64,000 bases of DNA from an uncultured Prevotellaceae bacterium (GTDB taxonomy: Bacteria > Bacteroidota > Bacteroidia > Bacteroidales > Bacteroidaceae). How positions within the stretch are numbered: the first letter of the stretch is position 1; each line of letters starts with the position of its first letter. The DNA lies in NCBI GenBank assembly GCA_902792685.1, contig CADBAP010000009.1:7067-71066 (forward strand), written 5' to 3'. The position numbers and the translations under genes were made by a program. Under the pieces are notes generated by a model. That model was given only the letters and a program-made list of their open reading frames with translations. It made no database searches and was not told the origin of the DNA. Shown here piece by piece: positions 47,931 through 57,699 of the stretch.

Positions 47931-49922
47931 ATGACAAATCACAACGAAAAACCTTTCAAAGATGAACGCTATCTGCAACTGCTGTCGCGATCCTTCCCGA
48001 CAGTTGCAGATGCCAGTACAGAGATTATCAATCTGCAAGCCATCTTGAACCTGCCGAAGGGCACAGAACACTTTCTGGCAGATATTCATGGTGAACACGA
48101 AGCATTCCGTCATGTACTGAAAAATGCATCTGGAAACATCAAGCGCAAGGTCAATGACCTGTTTGGTAATACGCTGCGCGAATCGGAGAAGCGTGAACTG
48201 TGTACGCTTATCTACTATCCAGAACAAAAACTTGAACTGGTCAAACAAGCCGATGAAGACATCCATGACTGGTACCAGATTACCATTCATCAACTGGTGT
48301 GTATCTGCCGCGATGTATCTAGCAAATATACGCGTTTCAGAGTACGTCAGAGTCTGCCCGACGACTTCAGCTATATCATTCAGGAACTGTTGCATGAAAA
48401 CACAAACGACAAGGACAAAACCGACTACGTTAGTGCCATCATCAACACCATCATCTCTACAGGCCGTGCAGACGATTTTATTTGTGCGATTTGTAATGTG
48501 ATCCAACGGTTGTCTATCGAGCAACTCCACCTCTTAGGTGATGTTTACGACCGGGGACCGGGTGCTCATATCATTATGGACACACTTGGAAAATACCACA
48601 GATGGGACATTCAATGGGGCAACCACGATATCTTGTGGATGGGTGCACAGGCAGGAAACGATGCCTGTATATGTAATGTCATCCGCTTGTCGCTACGCTA
48701 TGCCAATATGGCTACCCTGGAAGAAGGTTATGGAATCAACCTCGTACCACTGGCCACATTTGCGATGGAAATATACGGTGACGATCCCTGCATCGCTTTC
48801 CTGCCGAAAGTTGGTGAATCCGATGACATCGACCATAAGACGGAGTTGCTCACTGCACGTATGCACAAAGCTATCAGTGTATTACAATTCAAGGTTGAGG
48901 CACAAATCTTCGAGCGCAATCCTTCATGGGGCATGCAGGAACGTAATCTGCTTGACAACATCGATTACGAAAAAGGCATTTGCACCATCAATGGCAAAGA
49001 ATATCCAATGATTTCGTGCCGCTTCCCCACCGTAGACCCCAAGAACCCGAACAAATTGACAGAGGAAGAAGAGACACTGATGCGTCGTCTACGCCACTCG
49101 TTTATGGTCAGCGAAAAACTGCACAAGCACATCAACTCCATCTTGCAACACGGTTGTATGTTCTCTATCTGTAACAAGAACCTGCTCTTCCATGCAGCTG
49201 TTCCTTTGAATGAGGACGGCACCTTGAAAGAGGTTGAAATCTATCCCGGCAGGAAATACAGTGGCAAGGAACTGATGCACCAGATAGGCATGATGGTTCG
49301 CACTGCCTTCCAGAGTGATTCTCCTTCCGAAGAAAAAGCCTATGCCGTAGATTATTTCCTCTACCTATGGTGCGGTCCAGACTCACCGTTATTCGACAAG
49401 TCAAAGATGGCCACCTTTGAACGTTATTTCCTCAAAGATAAGGAGACGCATGTCGAAGAGAAAGGCAACTACTTCAAGTTACGCGACAATGAAGAAGTCG
49501 TAGAGCGTATTCTCGACAGCTTCGGTATAAAAGGTAAGGACCGTCACATCATCAACGGTCACGTTCCTGTACACGTCAACAAAGGTGAGAATCCGATCAA
49601 GGCAAATGGCAAACTGATGGTAATCGATGGAGGTTTCTCTGAGCCTTATCACAAGACCACAGGTATCGCCGGATACACGCTCATCTATCACAGCCGCGGT
49701 TTCCAACTCGTTCAGCATGAGCACTTTACAAGTACAGCTGATGCCATCCTTCGAGGCAGCGACATTGTTAGCACCACGCAGATTGTCGAGATGAGCGACC
49801 ACCGCATGCGTGTAGTCGACACCGACCAAGGAGAGGAGATTAGTGAGCAGATCAAAGACCTCGAACAACTCCTTTACGCTTATCGTCATGGTATCATCAA
49901 AGAAATTGATCCAACAAAATAA
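47931..49922 (+). CDS. fbp: fructose-1,6-bisphosphatase class III
   Basis: LNLPKGTEHF.ADIHGE, GDVYDRGP, QWGNHD, INGHVPV, IDGGFS. Confidence 0.96.
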   Translation: MTNHNEKPFKDERYLQLLSRSFPTVADASTEIINLQAILNLPKGTEHFLADIHGEHEAFRHVLKNASGNIKRKVNDLFGNTLRESEKRELCTLIYYPEQKLELVKQADEDIHDWYQITIHQLVCICRDVSSKYTRFRVRQSLPDDFSYIIQELLHENTNDKDKTDYVSAIINTIISTGRADDFICAICNVIQRLSIEQLHLLGDVYDRGPGAHIIMDTLGKYHRWDIQWGNHDILWMGAQAGNDACICNVIRLSLRYANMATLEEGYGINLVPLATFAMEIYGDDPCIAFLPKVGESDDIDHKTELLTARMHKAISVLQFKVEAQIFERNPSWGMQERNLLDNIDYEKGICTINGKEYPMISCRFPTVDPKNPNKLTEEEETLMRRLRHSFMVSEKLHKHINSILQHGCMFSICNKNLLFHAAVPLNEDGTLKEVEIYPGRKYSGKELMHQIGMMVRTAFQSDSPSEEKAYAVDYFLYLWCGPDSPLFDKSKMATFERYFLKDKETHVEEKGNYFKLRDNEEVVERILDSFGIKGKDRHIINGHVPVHVNKGENPIKANGKLMVIDGGFSEPYHKTTGIAGYTLIYHSRGFQLVQHEHFTSTADAILRGSDIVSTTQIVEMSDHRMRVVDTDQGEEISEQIKDLEQLLYAYRHGIIKEIDPTK

Positions 49923-49988
49923 TTCATTTTTTCTTGCATATTTGACAACACTTATTTATATTTGCACCAATTTAAATTCTAAATCATT

Positions 49989-50501
49989 ATGAAAAGACTA
50001 TTATGTTTTATGCTCCTGTTCGTGAGCATCAGTTGTTTTGCACAAGACGAGGTGGTTTACCACAATGGAAATGTCATCAAGGGAAAGGTATCTGAAGTGA
50101 CAGATTACTACATCAAGTTCCGCTATGAGGGTGAAGACGTGGACAACACGATTGGACGCGCTGCTCTCTCAGAGGTACGCTTTGGTAGCGGTCGTGTTCA
50201 GCAGATGTCTCAGAAAGTTTATGTGAATTCTCCAGATGACTGGGAGAAAGTTAGAATTGTCAACGACAAGAACGAAGTTATCGGTCTGAAGTCGCTTGGA
50301 CAGGTAGAGAAACACTCCAGCGGTACTTGGTCGTTCTCTATCACCGCTGGTCATTTCAGCGAGAAAACGATGAAGAAAATCCGTAAGGAGGCTGCTAAAC
50401 GTGGTGGCTGCATCGTCTTACTGATGAGTCAGCAGAGCCAATCAGGAGGTTTCTTCCAGGATGGTCATGCTTCAATGACAGGTGAAATTTACACATATTG
50501 A
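49989..50501 (+). CDS. secreted hypothetical protein
   Basis: signal peptide ending FAQD, NG.VIKGKV.EV N-domain; -7 box at 49957-49964. Confidence 0.7.
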   Translation: MKRLLCFMLLFVSISCFAQDEVVYHNGNVIKGKVSEVTDYYIKFRYEGEDVDNTIGRAALSEVRFGSGRVQQMSQKVYVNSPDDWEKVRIVNDKNEVIGLKSLGQVEKHSSGTWSFSITAGHFSEKTMKKIRKEAAKRGGCIVLLMSQQSQSGGFFQDGHASMTGEIYTY

Positions 50502-50508
50502 TATTTAT

Positions 50509-50985
50509 ATGAGAAACTTTTTTCTATTTGTCTTTTCTCTTGCAGCAACGCTTGTTTACGGACAAAGTAGCGAGAAAATGACTTTGGAAGCTGGTACAGT
50601 TGTTCCGGTGATTGCCAAACAGCAAATCAATGTGCATAAACTGAAGAGTGGCCAGACCATTGAGTTGGTGACAGCTCATGATGTGCTAACAAAAGATGGC
50701 AGAGTAGCCATCCCGATGTATGCGAAGGTCATCGCCAGAGTCCGTACGACTTTGCGTGATCATGTTCCAACTGTTAGCCGTCGTGTGATTATCGACATTC
50801 AAAAGGTCGTCCTTGACAATTCCAAAGAGATTCCGCTGACAGACGGCGTCATCAGGTTTACTCCTCGCACGGAGAACCCTGAGCCGGGATTGGTTCCACT
50901 GAAAGTATATGCAACCAATCGTGCCTACATCCCTACCTACTATGAGATGCAGCCAAAGGTTGAGGTGACACAGATTCTGGAATAA
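50509..50985 (+). CDS. secreted hypothetical protein
   Basis: signal peptide, LEAGT.V...G......DV...G..AIP pattern; start set at ATG 50509. Confidence 0.65.
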   Translation: MRNFFLFVFSLAATLVYGQSSEKMTLEAGTVVPVIAKQQINVHKLKSGQTIELVTAHDVLTKDGRVAIPMYAKVIARVRTTLRDHVPTVSRRVIIDIQKVVLDNSKEIPLTDGVIRFTPRTENPEPGLVPLKVYATNRAYIPTYYEMQPKVEVTQILE

Positions 50986-50986
50986 G

Positions 50987-51256
50987 ATGAAAACAAAACA
51001 TATCCAGTACGAGACTCAAGGAACTTGTTCAAAACTCATTGACGTAACTGCCGACGAGAACAACGTTATCCAACAGGTTTTCTTCATGGGCGGCTGTCAT
51101 GGAAACCTACAAGGCATCTGTCAATTGGTGCGTGGTCAGAAAATCGATGATGTGATTGCCCGTATCAACGGTATCCGCTGTGGCAACAAAGAAACATCAT
51201 GTCCCGACCAACTATGCCGTGCCCTTGAACAACTCAAGAATGCTCCGTTGGAATAA
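50987..51256 (+). CDS. TSCPD-domain protein (TIGR03905-like)
   Basis: GTCS, GGCHGNLQG, GIRCG.KETSCPDQL. Confidence 0.9.
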   Translation: MKTKHIQYETQGTCSKLIDVTADENNVIQQVFFMGGCHGNLQGICQLVRGQKIDDVIARINGIRCGNKETSCPDQLCRALEQLKNAPLE

Positions 51257-51290
51257 TGGGAATTGGATAAGTCTATACGAAGATGATATG

Positions 51291-51318
51291 CAAAGAGGCC
51301 ATTCGAATGGCCTCTTTG
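51291..51318. terminator. bidirectional terminator between convergent genes
   Basis: perfect palindrome CAAAGAGGCCATTC|GAATGGCCTCTTTG. Confidence 0.8.
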
Positions 51319-51371
51319 TGTGTTATTTGCTTTATAGCAATCACGATATGCTCTTCAAAACACAAAGTCTA

Positions 51372-51770
51372 TCAGAATGGCAGATCGTCAGTACTCTCGC
51401 CCTCACTTTGTGCAGGGAACGGAGCATTAGCACCATCAACAGGTGCCGGTGCAGGGGCAACGGGTGCTGCAGCTACGGGAGCAGCAGCCTGCGCTGCTGC
51501 AGCATCAACACGCTGCACATTCCAAGCACGGATACTATTGTACCAGCGTCCCTGATATTCATGAGCATCTATATCAAATGATACTATCAATTCCTCACCT
51601 GCCTTGATGGCAAACTGAGCCAATCGATCAGCACCAAATACATCAAAAACCATCTTCTTAGGATACTGATCATGTGTCTCTAAAACAAATGAACCAGCTT
51701 TCCATTCACCACGTGCAGACACTCCACTACGCTCCGGGAGCACTGCAATAATCTTTCCTTGTAAATCCAT
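51372..51770 (-). CDS. DUF3127 OB-fold protein with SSB-like DDLPF tail
   Basis: GKII.VL...SG.S..G.W, YPKK, FDIDAHEYQGRWYN..RAW, acidic tail. Confidence 0.88.
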   Translation of the reverse strand: MDLQGKIIAVLPERSGVSARGEWKAGSFVLETHDQYPKKMVFDVFGADRLAQFAIKAGEELIVSFDIDAHEYQGRWYNSIRAWNVQRVDAAAAQAAAPVAAAPVAPAPAPVDGANAPFPAQSEGESTDDLPF

Positions 51771-51934
51771 TATTTTTTTTATTATTAAGTTGTTTTATTC
51801 TGTTTTCGTTGCGAAATTACTAAAATAGTTCAAAATAGCGAAACTTTTGGCTTGTTTTTTTGTTAGAAACAATGCTTTTTTGTATTTTTGTCCGATGAAA
51901 ATCAAAGAATAATTAACTAAAAAACAAAATACCA

Positions 51935-53059
51935 ATGAGATTTAACATTTCAAGCAACACGCTCAGCAACCGATTGCTGACACTTTCCAGAGTCATCAAC
52001 AGCAAAAATTCTTTGCCCATCCTCGATGATTTCCTATTTGAAGTAAACAATGGACAACTTGTCATTACCGCTTCCGACAGCGAAAACGTCATGACATCAG
52101 TATTGCCACTCGACGAATGTGAAGGAGAAGGAAGTTTCGCCGTTTCCAACCATACGATTATTGATGCTGTCAAGGAATTACCAGAGCAACCCCTGAACAT
52201 TGATGTGAACTTCGATGAGATGAAGATGTATGTGACCTATCAGAATGGTTCTTACAATTTCCCAGTACAGAATGCCGATGAATATCCGAAGGCACAGCCG
52301 ATTTCTGATGGCGCAACAACCATCACCATCAACGCATCGATTCTTGTTGACAATATCAACCGCTCACTGTTTGCAACAGCACAGGATGAGTTGCGTCCCG
52401 TAATGAATGGTATCTATTTCGACCTGACAGCCGATAGTCTTGCCATAGTTTCCAGCGATGGTCATAAACTGGTGCGCAACAAAAACTTCAGCGTAAAGAG
52501 CGACGTACCGGCATCATTTATATTACCGAAGAAACCGGCACAGTTGCTGAAGGCTGTATTGAGTAAGGATGGTGGCGATGTGGTGCTGAAATTCGATGAC
52601 CGTTCTGCAGAAATCAGTTTCACCGACGGAAAACTTATCTGCCGACTCATTGAAGGACGTTATCCCAACTACAACAGCGTCATACCTCAAGATAATCCCA
52701 ACCTCGTCTCCATCGACAGAAAGAGTCTGTTGGGTGCTTTGCGCCGCGTGCTCCCCTTCGCCAGCGACAGCAGCCAGCTCATTCGTTTCCACTTGGAAAA
52801 CGGTCACATGGAACTCAACGCTGAAGATATCGACTTCGCTACCAGCGCAAAGGAGAGTATCACCTGTGAATACGGAGGTCAATCAATGAGCATCGGTTTC
52901 AAGGGTTCCAGTATGGTTGAAATCCTGAACAATCTGGAAGGAGATGAGATACAAATCCAGTTGGCCGACCCATCACGTGCAGGCGTCATCATTCCTGCTG
53001 AACAGCCTGAGAATGAAGATGTCCTGATGCTGATTATGCCTATGCTGTTAAACGATTAA
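51935..53059 (+). CDS. dnaN: DNA polymerase III beta clamp
   Basis: LPIL, DELRPVMNG, SDGHKL, RLIEGRYPNY, LIMPM; -7 box at 51883-51890. Confidence 0.96.
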   Translation: MRFNISSNTLSNRLLTLSRVINSKNSLPILDDFLFEVNNGQLVITASDSENVMTSVLPLDECEGEGSFAVSNHTIIDAVKELPEQPLNIDVNFDEMKMYVTYQNGSYNFPVQNADEYPKAQPISDGATTITINASILVDNINRSLFATAQDELRPVMNGIYFDLTADSLAIVSSDGHKLVRNKNFSVKSDVPASFILPKKPAQLLKAVLSKDGGDVVLKFDDRSAEISFTDGKLICRLIEGRYPNYNSVIPQDNPNLVSIDRKSLLGALRRVLPFASDSSQLIRFHLENGHMELNAEDIDFATSAKESITCEYGGQSMSIGFKGSSMVEILNNLEGDEIQIQLADPSRAGVIIPAEQPENEDVLMLIMPMLLND

Positions 53060-53068
53060 CAATTAGCT

Positions 53069-53923
53069 ATGAAATTAAATCTTACAAAGCCCCTGATTGT
53101 CTTCGACCTGGAGACAACGGGGCTTGACCTTGTTAATGACAGGGTTATTCAGATATCCTATATCAAAGTATCGCCCGACGGTTCTGAAGAACGGGGCAAC
53201 CTTTTCATCAACCCACAGAAGCCTATTCCCGCAGAAGTGGAACAGTTGACGGGTATCACCAACGAACAGGTGGCTCAGGCGCCGACCTTTCAGGAACTGG
53301 CTCCGAAACTGAACAGCGTGTTTTCCGGTTGCGACTTCGCGGGTTTCAATTCGAACCACTTCGACATTCCGATGCTGGCAGAAGAATTCCTGCGTGCAGG
53401 TATTGACTTTGACTTCAGCAAATGTCGGATGATTGATGTCCAAACCATCTTCCATCGCATGGAACGCCGCAACCTTGCTGCCGCATATAAATTCTATGTA
53501 GGAAGGAAAATGGAGGACGACTTCCAAGCTCACCTTGCTGACCAAGACACAGAAGCCACCTATCTGGTTCTTCAGGCACAGCTCGACCGATATGCTCCCG
53601 GAATGCAGGAGGAAGAAGACCGTGTGCTGCACAACGATATGGATGAGCTGGCAGCTTTCTCAAAGACCAATGACAATGTGGACTTTGCTGGTCGGATGAT
53701 TTGGAAGGAAATGACTGATGCCAAAGGCAACCCACTCACCGATACCGACGGAAAACCCCTGAAGCAAGAGGTGTTTAATTTCGGAAAATATAAAGGTGTA
53801 CCCGTTGCCGAGGTATTGCGTCGCGATCCGGGTTATTACAGTTGGATTCTTTCCAGCGACTTCACCAACAATACCAAGCAGATGCTTACACGCATCCGTT
53901 TGAGAGAGTTTAATAGTAAATAA
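53069..53923 (+). CDS. DEDDh 3'-5' exonuclease (DnaQ-like)
   Basis: FDLETTG, GFNS..FD, AHLADQD, C-terminal FNFGKYKG. Confidence 0.9.
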   Translation: MKLNLTKPLIVFDLETTGLDLVNDRVIQISYIKVSPDGSEERGNLFINPQKPIPAEVEQLTGITNEQVAQAPTFQELAPKLNSVFSGCDFAGFNSNHFDIPMLAEEFLRAGIDFDFSKCRMIDVQTIFHRMERRNLAAAYKFYVGRKMEDDFQAHLADQDTEATYLVLQAQLDRYAPGMQEEEDRVLHNDMDELAAFSKTNDNVDFAGRMIWKEMTDAKGNPLTDTDGKPLKQEVFNFGKYKGVPVAEVLRRDPGYYSWILSSDFTNNTKQMLTRIRLREFNSK

Positions 53924-53928
53924 TACCG

Positions 53929-55134
53929 ATGTTGAACGGCAAGAAAATCGTATTAGGAATCACTGGCTCCATCGCAGCCTATAAAGCTTGTCTGATTATC
54001 CGCGGACTTATCAAAAAAGGAGCTGAGGTGCAAGTGGTTATTACGCCTGCAGGCAAGGAGTTTATTACGCCTATCACCTTGTCGGCACTCACCCACAAAC
54101 CCGTCGTCAGCGAATTTTTCTCACAACGCGACGGCACGTGGAACTCACATGTTGACCTCGGACTATGGGCTGATGCCATGCTGATAGCACCCTGTACAGC
54201 CAGTACATTGGGAAAGATGGCTCATGGTGTTGCAGACAACATGCTAATCACCACCTATCTGTCAATGAAAGCCCCTGTGTTCATTGCTCCTGCAATGGAT
54301 CTCGATATGTACCGTCATCCCAGCACACAGCAGAACATCGAACAATTGAAGCAATACGGTAACCACTTCATCGAACCCGCCAGCGGCTTCCTTGCCAGCG
54401 GATTGGAGGGGAAAGGACGAATGGAAGAGCCAGAACAGATTATTGAATATCTGGAGCAATTCTTTGCCAACACCCAACAACCAACACCCAACACCCTTGC
54501 AGGCAAACATGTACTGATTACTGCCGGTCCTACCTATGAGAAGATTGATCCCGTACGCTTCATCGGCAACTACTCCAGCGGGAAAATGGGGTTTGCACTT
54601 GCTGAGGAATGTCTGCAGCGCGGTGCTCAGGTTACATTGGTGGCAGGTCCCGTATCATTATCCTGTTCGGAAGGCATCCGTCGCATTGATGTGGAAAGTT
54701 GTCAACAGATGTATGAGGCAACAACCAACACCTTCCCCACTGCCGATGTTGCCATCCTCTGTGCTGCTGTGGCAGACTTCCAACCAGAACAGGTTGCCGA
54801 CCAGAAAATCAAGCGGAAAGATCAGGATTTAGTGATTCGCCTGAAACCCACACACGATATCGCTGCAGCTGTAGGACAGATGAAACGCGATGACCAACGC
54901 ATTGTCGCCTTTGCTTTGGAAACCAACGATGAGGAGCAGAATGCACGCTTGAAACTGCAGAAGAAGAATGCCGATATGATTGTACTGAATTCTACACGCA
55001 TCCCAGGTACCACCTTCCGTAGCGATGACAATCAGATTACAATCATATCAAAACACCATCAGAAAGCTTTCGACAAGAAACCAAAAGCTGAAGTTGCAAA
55101 AGATATCATTGACGAGTTAGAGAAAACGTTATGA
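53929..55134 (+). CDS. coaBC: phosphopantothenoylcysteine decarboxylase/ligase
   Basis: GITGSIAAYK, PAMD..M, TAGPTYEKIDPVRFIGNYSSGKMG, AAVADF. Confidence 0.96.
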   Translation: MLNGKKIVLGITGSIAAYKACLIIRGLIKKGAEVQVVITPAGKEFITPITLSALTHKPVVSEFFSQRDGTWNSHVDLGLWADAMLIAPCTASTLGKMAHGVADNMLITTYLSMKAPVFIAPAMDLDMYRHPSTQQNIEQLKQYGNHFIEPASGFLASGLEGKGRMEEPEQIIEYLEQFFANTQQPTPNTLAGKHVLITAGPTYEKIDPVRFIGNYSSGKMGFALAEECLQRGAQVTLVAGPVSLSCSEGIRRIDVESCQQMYEATTNTFPTADVAILCAAVADFQPEQVADQKIKRKDQDLVIRLKPTHDIAAAVGQMKRDDQRIVAFALETNDEEQNARLKLQKKNADMIVLNSTRIPGTTFRSDDNQITIISKHHQKAFDKKPKAEVAKDIIDELEKTL

Positions 55135-56036
55135 AGAAGATCATTGCTAGTATCATCATTACGCTATGTTGTTCCTTATCTCTTCAGGCACAGGAACTGC
55201 AAGCGCGCGTCACCATCAACAGCAATCAGATACAAGGAACTGACAAGTCGGTGTTTGAGAACTTGCAGAAAACACTTGAACAGTTTATCAACGACCGTCA
55301 GTGGACCAATCTGCAGTTTCAGAAGAACGAACGCATCGTGTGCAATTTCAACATCACGGTTACCAAACACGATGCGTCAACCAACACGTTCACATGCAAC
55401 GCACTGATACAAGCTAACCGTCCTGTCTATAATTCCACCTACACTACCACCTTATATAATAATAAGGATGACAACTTTGATTTCTACTTCGCGGAGTTTG
55501 ACCAATTGGAATACAATGACGAAACGGTAGATAACCAACTTACAGCGCTTATTGCCTATTATGCATACCTCATCATCGGACTTGACCTTGACAGTTTCTC
55601 GCCAAAGGGCGGCGAAGATGTCCTGCAACGATGCATGAACTTGGTGAACAATGCACAAAGTCTGCAATTCCCCGGATGGAAATCATTCGAGAACAGCCGC
55701 AACCGATTCGCCATCATCAACGACTATCTGGATGGAGCAATGGAACCATTCCGGAAAATGCAGTATGACTATTATCGGTTGGGACTGGACGAAATGGCGA
55801 ACAGTGCTGAACGCGGACGCATTGCCATCACCACCACGATTGAGGAGAATTTGAAAAAAGCACACGAAGACAAGCCGTTGAGTATGTTACCGCAGATATG
55901 GACAGACTACAAACGCGATGAACTCGCTAATATCTATAAAGGCAAGGGCACACAAAAAGAGAAGCAGTCAGTTTACGATATTCTCTTTTCCATCAATGCT
56001 TCACAGAACGAAGCATGGAATAAAATCAAGGAATAA
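55131..56036 (+). CDS. porD: DUF4835 family protein (T9SS PorD-like)
   Basis: AQEL.ARVTIN, RPVYNSTYTT, YYAYLIIGLDLDSFS, YDYYRLGLD; coaBC-DUF4835-recN order. Confidence 0.75.
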   Translation: MKKIIASIIITLCCSLSLQAQELQARVTINSNQIQGTDKSVFENLQKTLEQFINDRQWTNLQFQKNERIVCNFNITVTKHDASTNTFTCNALIQANRPVYNSTYTTTLYNNKDDNFDFYFAEFDQLEYNDETVDNQLTALIAYYAYLIIGLDLDSFSPKGGEDVLQRCMNLVNNAQSLQFPGWKSFENSRNRFAIINDYLDGAMEPFRKMQYDYYRLGLDEMANSAERGRIAITTTIEENLKKAHEDKPLSMLPQIWTDYKRDELANIYKGKGTQKEKQSVYDILFSINASQNEAWNKIKE

Positions 56037-57695
56037 ATGCTGAAAAGACTATATATCAAAGACTATACCCTCATTGACGAACTCGATATGGAGTTCTATC
56101 CAGGTTTCTCCGTCATTACCGGCGAAACTGGTGCGGGTAAAAGTATCATTCTCGGAGCCATCGGACTCCTGCTCGGCAACCGTGCAGACAGCAAGACCAT
56201 CAAGGACGGATGTGCCAAATGCACGATTGAGGCGGAATTCGATTTGTCGCGTTATCAACTGGAACCTTTTTTCACAGAAAACGACATCGACTACGATGCC
56301 GGTGACTGCATCATCCGACGCGAACTGACCGCCGCAGGAAAGTCGCGCGCCTTCATCAACGACACACCCGTATCGTTAGCACAGATGCGAACGCTCGGTG
56401 AACAGTTGGTCGATGTGCACTCACAACACCAGAACCTGCTACTGCAACAGGAAGACTTTCAATTAAATGTGGTTGATATCATCAGTGACAACGCGCAACA
56501 ACGCAGTGCCTATCGTACAGCGTATGATGAATACAAACAGTTAGAAAAGCGTCTGATTGATTTGCGTGTTGCTATCGAACAGAATCGGAAAGACGAAGAA
56601 TATCTTCGTTTCCAATATAACGATATCCAAAGTGCCAACCTCTATGAAGGGATGCAAGAGGAATTGGAACAGGAAAGTGAAACGCTTACGCATGCAGAAG
56701 ACATCAAACAAGGTCTCTATCATGCAGATTCTTTACTCAATGGTGACGACCGCAATATCGTAGAAGACCTGAAGAGTGCTATTCAAAGTCTCCAGTCCAT
56801 TGAGGAGGTTTATCCGAAGGTGCGTGAGTTGGCTGAACGTTTGGAGACAAGCCGTATCGAAATCAAAGACATCGCCACAGAAATCAACGATGGCATTGAT
56901 GATATAGACTTCGACCCAGCCCGCCTTGACAAGATACAAACACAACTCGACAAGATCTATGCATTGGAGCAGAAGTTCCACGTTGGCAGTGTTGAGGAAC
57001 TATTACAGCTGCAAGCTGATTTAAAAACGCGGCTCGAACAATTGGATAACAGCGATGAGGAGCTGGCTGATTTACAGAAGGATGTAGAGAAAAAGCACAA
57101 ACAGTGTGAACAGCTCGCAGCGGCACTGACCAAAAGTCGCGAGCAGGGAGCACGCCTCATCGAAAAGGAAATGTTGCAACGGTTGGTTCCGCTGGGTATT
57201 CCCAATGTACGATTCCAAATTCAGATAGAACCGAAAGAACTCGCAGCACAAGGTGCCGACAAAGTACAATTCCTGTTTAGTGCCAATACCAGTACCGCTT
57301 TGCAACCCGTCAGTCAGGTAGCCTCCGGCGGTGAAATCGCCCGCGTGATGCTTTCCCTGAAAGCAATGATTAGCGGAGCCGTCAAACTGCCTACCATCAT
57401 CTTTGATGAAATCGATACGGGTGTCAGTGGTAAGATTGCACAGAAAATGGCATTGATGATGAAAGAGATGGGCGACAACAATCGACAGGTTATCTCTATC
57501 ACCCACCTTCCACAGATAGCAGCACTTGGACGTTCACATTATAAGGTATATAAAGAGGAAACACAACAGGGAACCGCCAGCCGTATGACACTGCTCAATT
57601 CCGAAGAGCGCGTAACAGAAATTGCCCAAATGCTTTCAGGCGATAATATCACAGATGCCGCTATCAGACAAGCTAACGAACTTCTCAACTCTTGA
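56037..57695 (+). CDS. recN: DNA repair protein RecN
   Basis: ITGETGAGKS, ASGGE..R.ML, IFDEIDTGVSG, ITHLPQIAA. Confidence 0.96.
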   Translation: MLKRLYIKDYTLIDELDMEFYPGFSVITGETGAGKSIILGAIGLLLGNRADSKTIKDGCAKCTIEAEFDLSRYQLEPFFTENDIDYDAGDCIIRRELTAAGKSRAFINDTPVSLAQMRTLGEQLVDVHSQHQNLLLQQEDFQLNVVDIISDNAQQRSAYRTAYDEYKQLEKRLIDLRVAIEQNRKDEEYLRFQYNDIQSANLYEGMQEELEQESETLTHAEDIKQGLYHADSLLNGDDRNIVEDLKSAIQSLQSIEEVYPKVRELAERLETSRIEIKDIATEINDGIDDIDFDPARLDKIQTQLDKIYALEQKFHVGSVEELLQLQADLKTRLEQLDNSDEELADLQKDVEKKHKQCEQLAAALTKSREQGARLIEKEMLQRLVPLGIPNVRFQIQIEPKELAAQGADKVQFLFSANTSTALQPVSQVASGGEIARVMLSLKAMISGAVKLPTIIFDEIDTGVSGKIAQKMALMMKEMGDNNRQVISITHLPQIAALGRSHYKVYKEETQQGTASRMTLLNSEERVTEIAQMLSGDNITDAAIRQANELLNS

Positions 57696-57699
57696 AAAC

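Noticed and set aside
51771..51934. oriC upstream of dnaN
   Set aside because: Short AT-rich divergent promoter region with no DnaA-box cluster and no dnaA.
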